Notes under the pieces: generated by a model | Seen by the model: the letters and a program-made list of their open reading frames with translations, nothing else | Told to the model about the DNA's origin: nothing | The model's database searches: none | Shown: positions 12,901 to 25,199 of the stretch, one piece after another | How positions within the stretch are numbered: the stretch's first letter is position 1 | How the letters are laid out: every line of letters starts with the position of its first letter | Translations under genes and position numbers: made by a program | Assembly: GCA_964016885.1 (NCBI GenBank) | Contig: OZ024743.1 | Location: 310,000,001 to 310,064,000 of the forward strand | Direction of reading: 5' to 3' | Length of the DNA stretch: 64,000 bases | DNA from: Eledone cirrhosa | Lineage: Eukaryota

Positions 12901-15661
12901 GTACACAGATCACGATTTTGTGGTCCGTGTAGCTGACTATCTTGAATTGTGGACAGCCTATGCTAGACTTATCTATTTCTCTACAAAATACCCTATCTAG
13001 ATATGATCTGGATGACCCTATGCGATTTGTCCAAGTCCACATTGGCACATTCGGGAAATCCAATCGGTACCTGTCAGACAGTTCAAAACGTCTGAGCAGG
13101 TTGGTGAGGCTCTTGCACCCTCCTACCCTATCCGCTAATCCCACACAGTCCCAGCGTGCATCTAAGATCCCGTTCCAGTCGCCCACTAACACTAAAGAGC
13201 GGGACGTTCCAAGAAAGGTCTCCAGACGCCGGAAGAAATCAGGCCGCCCTGCTCCTGTCGGGGCATAGACAGCCACTAGCCTGAAAGTTTTCCCGTCTCC
13301 GCTGGTCACATCTAGCACCACCAACTTACCTTCTGGGTCCAGGAAGATGACCCGTATGGCGAGATCCAAACCTCTCCGAAAAAGCACAGCAACTCCACCC
13401 CCCGATCCAGGACGGCTGGGAGATGCGTACACATCGTAGCCGCCGAAGATCGGTGTGAAGGCCCGTGCTTCAGAGATTCTGGTCTCGCTGATGGCCACTA
13501 CATCTATGTTTAGTGACCTGAGGTCGTTGAGCAGGTGGCCCTGCTTCCATGATGACCCCAACCCACGCGCATTTATGCTGCCTATTCTGAGTGAGGTCAT
13601 GTTGAAATGGAGTGGAAAAGATGGGAAAGACCACTTACCTTACTTCTCGTAGAGGAAGGATGGTTTATCCATCCTTTTCACTGCTTGTGGCCTCCTCCGG
13701 AAGGATGTCCTTATAAATCCTCTTGGAGAGTGTTTGTTGGAAGTCTCCGATGTCTTTGGGGAATTTTTGTTTTAGTGTCGTGTACGTTTTCTGTGTGATG
13801 CGAGTGATTTGTATGTGTGGAGGTGGTGGGAACTTTTGGGTTGTTGTGTAGTCTTTTTCTGTGATGCTGGTGTTGTGTTGCATGTAGTGTAATAATTGGT
13901 TGTTGTTCAAATTTAATGCTGTGTAGTGTGTATCGTTTTGGTTGTTTTGTTTTGTTTGCGTTTGTTGTGGGTTTGTTTCTGTTACGCTTTTTGGTGACTT
14001 TTGTGGTGTTGGTGATGGTGGTGTTGGGGTTAATGATGGTGATGGTGTTGGCGTTTGTGGTGATGGGGTGTGTGATGCTGGTGTGGATGGTGGCATATCT
14101 GTCTTAACTTTCTTGTTCGATAATTTATTTGTTTCCCTCTGTATTTTCGTTTTTTGAGGGGAAGGAAGAGAATCTTTTCTTTTTTGCTTTCTTTTTTTCT
14201 TTTTTCCTGATACCGTTTCCCACTCCTCGTCGTCACAATCTCTCTCCAGTTGCGATAAGCCGGGGAGTGGAAAATCCTCCACAGGCGTTGGTTTTGGTTG
14301 TGGCGTGGTGCTAGTTCTGGGGAGTTGGGTGGTGGTGGTGTTGGTTTTGCTACTGTTGCTGGGGTTGTTGCTGTTACAGTTGCTTCTGTTGTTCCTGCTA
14401 CAGTTGTTGCTGCTATTTCTGCTGCTGGTGGTGTTGATGGTTGAGTCACTGGGGTGGGTAAGAGAGGTGGCCTCAACCTTTTAGCCTGAGAGCAGAAAGC
14501 TCTTAGGTGGGTTCCTTCCCCACAAACGACACACCTAGGTCTTCTGCCCTCGGCGATTACGCTGAGGTGGCTACCGTCAGTGAGGTCTATTACCCTGGGA
14601 TCTCCTCAATGCTTTTATGGTCCGCTTGGATCAGGAGCTCCATCCCAGATCCGGACCAGTTCTCCTGCTTTTCTTTTGCTATTTCTACTATTTTGGTGTT
14701 GGCCTCGATGCCGGCGAGGACGGCAGCCATTAGCCAGGGAATTTCGATGGCCGGTGGAACGTGGGTCACCCTGATCTTCACAAGTCTCTGGCCACAATAG
14801 CTTGGGATGAGTGTGAAGTCGTCCCTTCTTAATGGGGCCATGGAGTGTTATCTGGCCTCCTGTGGTGTTTCAAAGAACACATCCACGGTTCCATACTTAT
14901 GCCCACGTCTGATGTGGGTTTTTTTTGCCCACACATGTCCCAAAGCCTTTTGGATTTGGGACTCAGATGCCCGTTCCACTCGGCGCGATTTTATGTTTAT
15001 TGTCCGATAAGACACGATGCATAGGCGACGTTGTTCCATTTTATTAGGTGGGGGAGGTGAGGCTGACCCTGTACCCATCTTTCTTTACCATTTCTTTGGC
15101 TTCGTCCAATTCTTCCTGAGTTACCTGAATCGCTTCGCACGTTTTTCGGTGTGGAAGAGTTCATTTTGGTTGAATTCATTTCGATATCATGAGTTAATTC
15201 ATTTTTTTTATTTTGTTTCTGTTGTCGGTGTGGTGGTGGTGGGGGTGGTGTTTGTCGCGGTGGTGGTGGTGGTGGTGGTGGCGGCTTTAACACTTGCAGT
15301 CATTGGTAATGGCGGGAAATGAACGTCTGCCTGAGACATTTAAAATATTGCTACTGCTTACAATTCCAGTGTTGGCAAGCGTAGCAATGTTTACAATGGT
15401 GGTGTCGGTGTGAGGTGAGGAAGGAGTGAATCTGAGTCATCCATTACTTTTCAAAGAAAACATTTTTGTTTGATAATTATAAAAAGTTTAAATTTTGGGC
15501 TCAAGGCCCCAATATTTTTGAGTGTCCTTTTCAAAAATCAATGTATGTGCACTTATATATAGTTAACAATAAACATTTTCCATAAATGGCAATTTTAAAT
15601 AACTGAAAATAACAAACCTTTGCGGAGCTCACGATGATACGATTTACTACGTAGGTCGCCA

Positions 15662-15662
<1 letters not shown>
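9928..15662 (-). mobile_element. Tx1/L1-clade non-LTR retrotransposon copy B (full-length, frameshifted)
   Basis: Broken P-rich ORF1 (~15444-13610); ORF2 from 13600 (MTSLRIGSINARGL, SET, GDWN, YLDRVF, TDH); RT in 12353-10239 (QGCPLS, YADD) with CCHC; AATAAA plus (ATT)6 tail. Confidence 0.95.
10239..13600 (-). pseudogene. Tx1 ORF2 (APE-RT-zinc knuckle) split by frameshifts
   Basis: ORFs 12734-13600, 12343-12624 and 10239-12353 are consecutive pieces of one protein. Confidence 0.9.

Positions 15663-15737
<75 letters not shown>
15663..15737. repeat. (TAA)n microsatellite
   Basis: About 25 perfect TAA units between the Tx1-B 5' end and the R4/Dong fragment. Confidence 0.98.
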
Positions 15738-15738
<1 letters not shown>

Positions 15739-16470
15739 GGAATGATAATGGCTGCGCAGGAGCAGGCCCTCAAAACGAAGTGGTTGAAGCACCATATTTA
15801 CAAGGAGGAGGCTAGCCCACTGTGCAGGATCTGTGGAGAGAGAGAGGAGACTGTGGCTCACATTGTGTCCGAGTGTAAACACCTAGCCCAGACCCACTAT
15901 AAGGGTTGGAGACACGATGTGATGGGCAGGGTGATCCACTGGCACCTGTGCAAAGTAAACAACTTACCACATTCTGAGAAATGGTATGAGCATAGGCCGG
16001 AGGCGGTGATGGAGAACAATCAGGTGAAGGTGCTGTGGGATTTTAGGATACAGACGGACAAAAAACTGGAACACAATAGACCTGACCTGGTGGTTGTGGA
16101 CAAAGAAAAAAGATCGTGTCTGATTGTGGATGTGGCCTGCCCGTTCGACACGAGAGTGCAAGAGAAGGAGAGGGAGAAAATTAACCGATACCAGGACCTA
16201 AAGTGGGAGGTGAAAAGGATTTGGAACTGCCATGAAGTCAAAGTGATCCCGATTGTCATAGGCGCACTGGGGACTATCTCCAAAAGTTTCCAGGGATGGT
16301 TAAAGAAAATCGGCCCCTTCACGCTTTTTGGAACGCTTCAAAAGGCATGCTTGCTTGGAACAGCAAGAACCCTCCGATACGTCCTGAATATCTGAGGCTG
16401 CAGGTAATGGCTTGATATTCATTCCAACGGACTTTCCAGTTAACCAACATCAATGACTGAGATTCAAGGA
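15738..16470 (+). mobile_element. 5'-truncated R4/Dong-like retrotransposon (CCHC plus restriction-like endonuclease)
   Basis: ORF 15742-16395: CRICGEREETVAHIVSEC, RHD, NRPDLVVVD..IVDVACP..KINRYQDL, IVIGALG; followed by (TAA)n. Confidence 0.9.
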
Positions 16471-16497
16471 ATAACAACAATAATAATAATAATAATA

Positions 16498-16971
16498 AAA
16501 ATAGATGCAAACAGACCTGATATAATATTGAAAGACTTTCAAAAGAGGGTATGCCTGCTAATTGATATGTCTGTTCCAATAGACAAGAATGTATCTATAA
16601 AAACATTTGAAAAATTGAGCAAGTATAAGGACCTGGAGATAGAAATTGGAAAAATGTGGAAATTGAGAACTAAAACAATACCAGTGGATGTAGGCGCTCT
16701 GGGAATGATACCTAAGGGGTCTAATGATTACATATCGCAAATCCCAGGAAACCCGCGTATAGCAGAAATACAAAAGATAGTACTAATGGGAACTGCCCAT
16801 ATACTAAGGAAGATTCTGTCAATATAAGTACATCACAAGTCTAAACACTAAAGATGCATGTGTGAATATGTATGTTCTTTCTTGAACATGGCGGACCTTG
16901 TTGTCTCTTGAGGTCACTGGTTGTGACTTGGTGATAACTCGTATGAACATAAAGCAAGATAAATGCAACTG
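16498..16971 (+). mobile_element. Second 5'-truncated R4/Dong-like fragment (different family)
   Basis: NRPDIILKD..LIDMSVP..KLSKYKDL..PVDVGALG; flanked by (TAA)n on both sides. Confidence 0.88.
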
Positions 16972-17069
16972 TAATAATAATAATAATAAATGACCAAACG
17001 CACGTGGTATGCAAATGTACCAAAAAAAGCGTAAATATATATATATATCAATATATATATATATATATA

Positions 17070-17619
17070 TATAAATTTTAGTACAGCATTGACGAAGCTT
17101 ACGGCCAAGCTAACGTATATGCATAATCGGTCTGTAGCTTTAGCACTCAGATGAGGTAAGACCCCAGAGTAATAACATTACGTTCAGACAGCTTAGCAAA
17201 TCAGATATAGCAGTCGGCACTCCGACCGCATTACCAGAGCAACGAAAATACAGGACCCAGGAATGTGTGTGTACATACACACACACATATATATACATAT
17301 ACACACACACATATACAAACACACATACACATACATATAAATATACAAGCACACCCCATACATATAAACACAGCACCGTACAAAAGAGTATATACATACA
17401 AATACATATACACGCACATATAAATGCATACAACCACATACACACATATAGTATAAACATTTCTTAAAGATAAAAACATAAATATAAAAACTATAAAGTT
17501 ACATACACACATACATACACACATATACACATATATATATATATATAAAAGAAATACATAAAAATTTATTTTCAATTTTATGCATATATATATATATATA
17601 TATACATACATATATACAC

Positions 17620-17662
<43 letters not shown>

Positions 17663-18615
17663 CATATGGTGGCTGCCAAATCGTTTTCGAGTACGGCCAC
17701 TACTTTATATCCATGTAGGAGAACCCCTACCGATGCGCTGAACGAGTGTGACTTTTTAGTCCAGCCAGCGACTTGAAAATTCTGGTACAAACACTACACT
17801 TGTAACAATCATTGACACATAGTGCTGGGCCCATTGTACTATGTGACGACAAGTGCAGAGAGATTTCCAGATATATAAAGCAATGCCTATGCCGTGAAGC
17901 TTTTATAGTCAGCAAAGGCACTGCACAAAGCCAGTCCCACTCTCTTAACCAAGATGATATTTACCAAAAAGAAGAACAAGTATCATTGGATACCATCAGG
18001 GATGCAGGTGTTATATTAGAGTTTTCCTTCTCCTAGAATTCTGCCTTGACAAAAGCTAAGGGGTCATCTCTCCCGGTGATTTTGGATGGCCATTGACTCT
18101 TAAGAGCTCCCTTGCCCTTTGACAAGTTTTGTTTTTAGTCCTGCAGGATGTCCAAAGTCACCCTCCTCACCAAGAAACCTTGGTGGGGTTGCCAGTTTAG
18201 TCGCCAACGACCCGACCATGACACAGGTTGTACTGGGATACATGTTACCAGTAGCACTAACTGGTGACCTGACATATACATATACACATATATATACATA
18301 CATACTCAAAATAAAAATAAAGGGAAGGAAGGGGTATTAAAATAGTATGTATGTATATATATGTGTATACGTATATATATATGTATATATGTGTATATAT
18401 GTATGTATATATATATATAATGCATAAAATTGAAAATAAATTTGTATGTATTTCTTTAATATATATATATGTGTGTATTTATGTGTGCGTGTATATGTAC
18501 GTGTATGTATATACTCTTTTGTGTCTGTGCTGTGTTTATACGTATGGGATGTGCTTGTATATTTAAATGTATGCGTATGTGTGTGTATATATGTGTGTGT
18601 GTGTATGTACACACA
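17070..18615. repeat. Diverged microsatellite-rich inverted repeat (~17265-17600 / ~18400-18615) with unique extension 17070-17265
   Basis: aatatacaagcacaccccatacatataaacacagcac and aatttattttcaattttatgca recur inverted at 18420-18560. Confidence 0.65.
17667..18273 (-). mobile_element. ~610 bp non-autonomous bipartite RTE-derived element, copy 1
   Basis: 5' part resembles RTE 5'UTRs (960-1080 and 46447-46671); 3' part encodes CSVCTRIFKSLAGLKSH and ends GTGGCCGTACTCGAAAACGATTTGGCAGCCACCA, like the RTE 3' end at 50607-50639. Confidence 0.85.
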
Positions 18616-18634
18616 CATATATATATATATATAT

Positions 18635-19089
18635 AAATATATACAATATATTTACAAACGGAAACTATATTTATAAGACGATATTTATTTAATTATAGAT
18701 ATTTCAATGACTACCAAGGCAAATTATGGTGCGCTTTAATCACATAAAATACAGATTAGGTTTATAAATAGATATTGACATACCCTGAAAAAGACAACCT
18801 TAACGGTTGGAGCTTCTTGGAAGCTCCAACTATTAAGGTTGTCTTTTTTCAGGATCTGTCAATATTTATTTATAAATCTAATCTGTATTGTATTTTATCT
18901 GATGAAAGCGCACTATAATTTGCTTTGGTAGCCCTTGAAATATGTATAATTATATAAATATGGTTCTATAAATATGGTTTTATAAATATAGTTTCCATTT
19001 GTTAATATATTGTATATTTACTCCACCAAATTGTTGAGTGCTTTATACAGTTATAACAATTTTTAAGCCAACAACTTAAATATAACCTC

Positions 19090-19090
<1 letters not shown>
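18635..19090 (+). mobile_element. Fold-back family A element, copy 2 (duplicate at 31060-31517); hammerhead core at 18899-18948
   Basis: Inverted arms centred at ~18818; CTGATGAaagcgcac...cccttGAAAtatgtaTA; tail homologous to 4962-5050. Confidence 0.78.
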
Positions 19091-19149
<59 letters not shown>

Positions 19150-19166
19150 TGTGTATATATATATAT

Positions 19167-19198
<32 letters not shown>

Positions 19199-19606
19199 AT
19201 ATATTTAGTTTTTCTTTTGTGCATTTGCTTACCACGTGCGTTTCGTCATTTATTAAAAGTACCAGTAATGCACTGAGTATTTGCTGGCCTTGTGCCAAAA
19301 TTAGAATCAATTATTATTATTATTATTATTTTTATTTTTATTTTAAATTTTGCCGTCTTGTATCGCTGTCAACTTAATAATATTTTTTATTTTTTTATTT
19401 TCTTAATCCTTATTTTTTATTTGCTTATTTGTATGTGACGGTCTGCTATGACTATTTATCCTTATTTGTGTGTGTGCATATGTATCATTTTATATGTTAG
19501 TACGTATGCATGTGTGTATATATGTGTGTGTATGTATGTATGTATGTGTATGTATATGTATATGTATATATCTATATATTTATATGTATATATATATATA
19601 TATATG

Positions 19607-19650
<44 letters not shown>

Positions 19651-19655
<5 letters not shown>

Positions 19656-20290
19656 AACAAGGGGAGAAGAATAATGCGTGGTTGCACATAGATTACCTAT
19701 TATAAAATTAGTCCCTCATCAGTGATTTGCCAACCATCATTGGTATTTCATCGTATTAAAAATCAGATACCTCAGGTTGGTGCGAGCAATAACTAAAGTA
19801 AGCTATTGGGACAAGTGAAACGCATAAAGCGAGTGAGACAAGTAAACAACAAGAAGGAAAAGCAAACCGAAGGTTGGAAAAACAGCAAGCAACATGATGG
19901 TTATCCTATCAGCATAAGCTGGGTGAATTTCATGAGCGGTCAGAGAAGCAGACCGTACGCCGTGAACGAGGTGTGAGAAAGAAGGAACCCCACTACTAGC
20001 GAACGGGAGGAGGTGAGAAGGGGATAAACAGAGAGTGAGTGAGTGGAAGTGCGAGGAAGAGGTCAGTTGAGAGAAAGTGTAACTGACAAAGGGGGCGAAA
20101 GAAGGTAAGAGAAACAGAGAGAACGGGGGAGCAGTAAGAGAGAAAGAGTGAAAAAGATAATCGCAGTCTAGGTAAATATATATGAAAAACAAGGGGAGAA
20201 TACTGCGTGGTTGCACATGGATTACATATTATAAAATTAGTCCCTCATCAGTGATTTGCCAACCATCATTGGTATTTCATCGCATTAAAA
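19651..20290. mobile_element. Element with ~110 bp direct terminal repeats (19651-19761 / 20183-20290, period 532), in (TA)n; duplicate at 32092-32731
   Basis: tgaaaaacaaggggagaa..gtggttgcacat..agtccctcatcagtgatttgccaaccatcattggtatttcatcg occurs twice; purine-rich non-coding interior. Confidence 0.7.
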
Positions 20291-20295
20291 TATAC

Positions 20296-20332
<37 letters not shown>

Positions 20333-20357
20333 TGTGTGTTGGTGTGTTTATGTATGG

Positions 20358-20397
<40 letters not shown>

Positions 20398-20722
20398 GTG
20401 TGTGTATATGTGTATCTGGTATATATATGTGTATATATGCGTGTATATATGTATATATATATGTGTATATGTGTGTACATGTGAGTGTGTGTGCGTGTGT
20501 GCGTGTGTGTGTGTGCGTGTTTGTTGTTATATATTCTTATTTATTATTCCCCCCACCCTTTTTTTCCTCCAGTCTAACTTTTATATCTGTTTTATTTTTG
20601 TTTTTCAAATGCACTGTCAATAAAGACACCAGTATTTTTCCATTCTGATGAATGAAAGCAATTTTGGTTGCTTTCAAGAAACCACTGGTAAATGAAATAA
20701 TTATATTATGTTGTTTATTACA

Positions 20723-20768
<46 letters not shown>

Positions 20769-21129
20769 GTATGTGGTTGTGTGTGTATGTTTGTATATGT
20801 ATGTGTATGTATATGTTTTTACCCATTTGTGTGTATGTATGTATATGTGTGTGTTTGTGTATATATATATATATATTGGAAAATATGTGTGATCCTTGGT
20901 ACAGTTAGGTATATTTGAAAAAAAGGAAAATAATGACTTCACTTTTAGTGTTAGAGATTCCTGGTTAACTTTGTGGGAGAACTTTCTCGCATTCGTCGGT
21001 GGCGATTGTCGAACTGAGATTAGGTTGTGTTGAGATGTGTAACTATATATAAGATAGATTTGGATGTGTGTGGGCTGTGGGGAGTGGTGTTAGTGAGTGT
21101 TGATAATGATGATTTGGAGGAATTAAATG

Positions 21130-21164
<35 letters not shown>

Positions 21165-21591
21165 CACACACACACACATACACACACATACACTCACAAA
21201 ATGGTGAGGTTGCAAGATTAGGGTGTTTGAGAAGGTAGTTGTAAACAGCCTCTCCAGCTGGTTTTATTTCATTAGCTAACCGTTGATGAGTATATAATGG
21301 CATAGCTGAATCAATTCTCTTAAATTGACAAAGAATATCTTCTACAAATTTCTATATCAAAGATGAATTTAGGTGCGTGTCTGGGTTTTAATGAGATGTA
21401 AGATACATGTCTTTTGATAAGAAAGGGATGACTGGAAAAAGAGAAATAAGGAAACAATGATAGTTTTGGAACATTTGTTAAAGATGTGTTGTTGATATTT
21501 GATTTGGGAGAGGAAGTATGGTGGGGACATGCTAGCTCACAATTTTACTTGCCTATATGTACATGTATCTACATCCCATATATATTACATA

Positions 21592-21683
<92 letters not shown>

Positions 21684-21686
21684 CAT

Positions 21687-21755
<69 letters not shown>

Positions 21756-21901
21756 CATACACACATATAAATACACACACATATACCCACACACACATTT
21801 TATATATAATATATATATACACACCATATATATATATATGTATATATATTATATACACACATACATATTTTATATATATTCATATATATATATATATATC
21901 C

Positions 21902-21972
<71 letters not shown>

Positions 21973-21974
<2 letters not shown>

Positions 21975-22800
21975 CGGCTATGAATTAGTTTTGCGAGGTT
22001 TTTGATATGAAAACGTGTGTCGAAACAAATATTGTTATACTTGGGGAGGGTCATATTTGTGTAATAATATTGACAGAATTAATAACAGAACACACTCACT
22101 GTTTGGTTTGTTTTCGCTTCTGTGTCTTTTATATCGGTTAATTTAATTTACAACAACACGACGGTAACATAAACAACATAGAAATTAGAATAATATCTAA
22201 ACATAGAAATGACCCAGCAGAATGGGCAAATCAGAGAGGCCAGCGAAATAGAACTTAAAAGGCCAAGGCTAAACAGAAAAAAATGAATGGAATAACAACA
22301 ACACCCAAACAAACAATACTGACCTAAGAGAAGTATAAATAAAAAAATAAATACATACACAAGCACAATAACAACAAACACATATAAACACACACTAGTA
22401 AACTAAGATAGAATACAGTAACCAATACACAGTCACCCAAACACGAACACACATCAAACACTACACACACACGCAAACGCATGCGCAGAGAAGACAAAAA
22501 GAATAAATAAATAAACAGACTAAATGAAGATGGCGTAGGCATACAATACAACGGGGGAAACATAATAGAACCACTGACGATGTTGCAGATGTGCAGCGAA
22601 AGAATTTTGTTAAACTATTTATATGTGTTTGTGTCTATATTGTATCTGTATTTTTTACCGTTGGTCAGTTAATGGTAACATTGAGGACCGAATAAATTAA
22701 ATTAATCGATATAAAAGACACAGAAGCGAAAACCACCCAAACAGTGAGTGTGTTCTGTTATTAATTCTGGCAATATTATTACACAAATATGACCCTCCCT
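21973..22800. mobile_element. Asymmetric fold-back element family B (arms 22044-22149 / 22693-22799, tail 21973-22043); duplicate at 34402-35228
   Basis: Inverted arms, microsatellite flanks, hammerhead-like motif at 22564-22619; homologue at 52952-53235 (minus). Confidence 0.72.
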
Positions 22801-22817
22801 ATATCTCACTCTCTCTC

Positions 22818-22960
<143 letters not shown>

Positions 22961-22965
22961 ATATA

Positions 22966-24585
22966 GTAATAATAATAAAATTGAAGACTAAAATCCAAAG
23001 AGGACTCGATAAGGAAAATATATATCAAATATATAAGAACCGTAGAGCCAATATTTATTAAAATAACAGATTAAAGTTTAAGCAAAGAATCGCTGCTTTC
23101 ACCCTTAACGGGATCTTCTGAAACTAACAAAGTCAATCTGTAAACGCAGAACTGGATATTTCACAAAACGTTGCAACCGGAGGAAGACAGGAAGACGATA
23201 CTTTGGTTCGTGGAAATGTTCGCTGGCAAAGAACGGGAAAAAACGAATAATACGTCATTAATAGGAGCAGTGAAAAACAATTACGCGCAAAGACAGAACC
23301 ACGTTTATGGTATAAAAGAGGTCGTAGACTAATGTTCTCTTAGGTGGTGCATAGAGACGTTCTCTGGCAATGAACGAAAAAACGAAGATAATAAGTCATA
23401 TGTGGAGCGTTGAGAACAAAGCACGCAAAGACAAAACCACGTAAATGGTATAGCAGAAGTCGTAGACTAAAATTATAACTAGGAGACCAAATGAATCTCC
23501 GCTGTAATACAGGAAAGTTTTGTGCAATTTAAGTTGCACAAAACTTTCCTGTATTACAACCGCACGTTATACCCTAACGGATAGCACGATCTATACGTGG
23601 ATTCTTTACGTTTTGATGTGGGAGCTAAGTATATGTTTTGTTTATTCCTTTACTTATTTGCATAGGTAAGTATATATTACCCGTATGTTTTGTGAAGGTA
23701 TGTATACCTTCTCGTACGTATATTTGACTGGTATGGCGTATAATTTTTACATATTCTGGTATTTAGGGTTTGGCTATGTGTATACAGGAGTTTTGCGTCT
23801 GCGTGAGTATGCAGGTTCGTACGTATGGTGGGTGTGTGTATATGTGTACTTCTTGTTTTAGTTGACTTACGTCTCCGAATATTTGTGTATTTATATGTAG
23901 GTGTGTGTGTGTGCTTGTTATATACGTATTTATTTACTTATATACGTTTATATAATTATTTATTTATTTGTACACAAGCATACACACACACACATATTTA
24001 TAGGTGCGTGGTTTTGTATACCTATGGTAAGGTTTTGCGTATACTTGTGTATGTACGTATCTGTTTGCGTGTATGTATTTATTCGTTTCTATTACTTCTG
24101 TATTGTATTTATTTACTTTGTTCTTAACTCTGTAGCGGAGATTCATTTGGTCTCCTAGTTAGAATTTTAGTCTACGACTTCTGCTATACCATTTACGTGG
24201 TTTTGTCTTTGAATGCTTTGTTCTCCACGCTCCACATATGACTTATTATCTTCGTTTTTTCGTTCATTGCCAGAGAACGTCTCTATGCACCACCTAAGAG
24301 AACATTAGTCTACGACCTCTTTTATACCATAAACGTGGTTCTGTCTTTGCGCGTAATTGTTTTTCACTGCTCCTATTAATGACGTATTATTCGTTTTTTC
24401 CCGTTCTTTGCCAGCGAACATTTCCACGAACCAAAGTATCGTCTTCCTGTCTTCCTCTGGTTGCAACGTTTTTTGAAATATCCAGTTCTGCGTTTACAGT
24501 TGACTTTGTTAGTTTCAGAAGATCCCGTTAAGGGTGAAAGCAGCGATTCTTTGCTTAAACTTTAATCTGTTATTTTAATAAATAT
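22966..24585. mobile_element. Large fold-back element family C (arms 23051-23503 / 24134-24585, inner palindrome 23503-23558, tail 22966-23050); duplicate at 35395-37014
   Basis: ~450 bp near-perfect inverted arms, each with an internal ~140 bp diverged tandem repeat; hammerhead-like motif at 24511-24561. Confidence 0.82.
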
Positions 24586-24850
24586 ATATATATATAAATA
24601 TCATACACATACATATATATACACCATATACACACACATATATTTTAGATACACATATATATACATCCTATACATATACCATATAATATATTTTACATAT
24701 ATACTATACATACATTTTATATATACTCTATATATATGTTATATACATACCATACATATATCTTACATATATATCACATACATCCTATATATATATTGTA
24801 TATATCTTATACATATATCATACATACCCCATATATACGTATATATCTCT

Positions 24851-24948
<98 letters not shown>

Positions 24949-25015
24949 CGATACATATATATATATATATATTTTAGTAAGTAAGTTAATTTTATAATTT
25001 TCTTAATTTACGTCT

Positions 25016-25083
<68 letters not shown>

Positions 25084-25086
25084 CGA

Positions 25087-25128
<42 letters not shown>

Positions 25129-25199
25129 CGATACATATATATATATATCCCATACATTAGTTTCCATCCTCCATCCAAATTTACAGTATTAGAACCATG

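Larger units (their letters stand above)
16988..19250. repeat. Pair of ~50 bp inverted repeats (16988-17040 / 19198-19250) enclosing nested insertions
   Basis: aaatgaccaaacgcacgtggtatgcaaatg versus the reverse complement of catttgcttaccacgtgcgtttcgtcattt. Confidence 0.6.

Noticed and set aside
18150-18273. HDV-like or twister ribozyme at the RTE-derived 5' end
   Set aside because: Could not assemble P1/P1.1/P2 of HDV or the UAA/UCCCAAGC twister motifs; kept only as an unassigned structure.
20641-20675. CTGATGA-at-GAAA-GCAA..TTGC-TT
   Set aside because: Stem II is absent, stem I does not pair, and the segment is missing from the paralogue at ~4320.
21290-21400. Minus-strand FVEDILCQF resembling an RT YVDD motif
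   Set aside because: Short, frameshifted and without other RT motifs.
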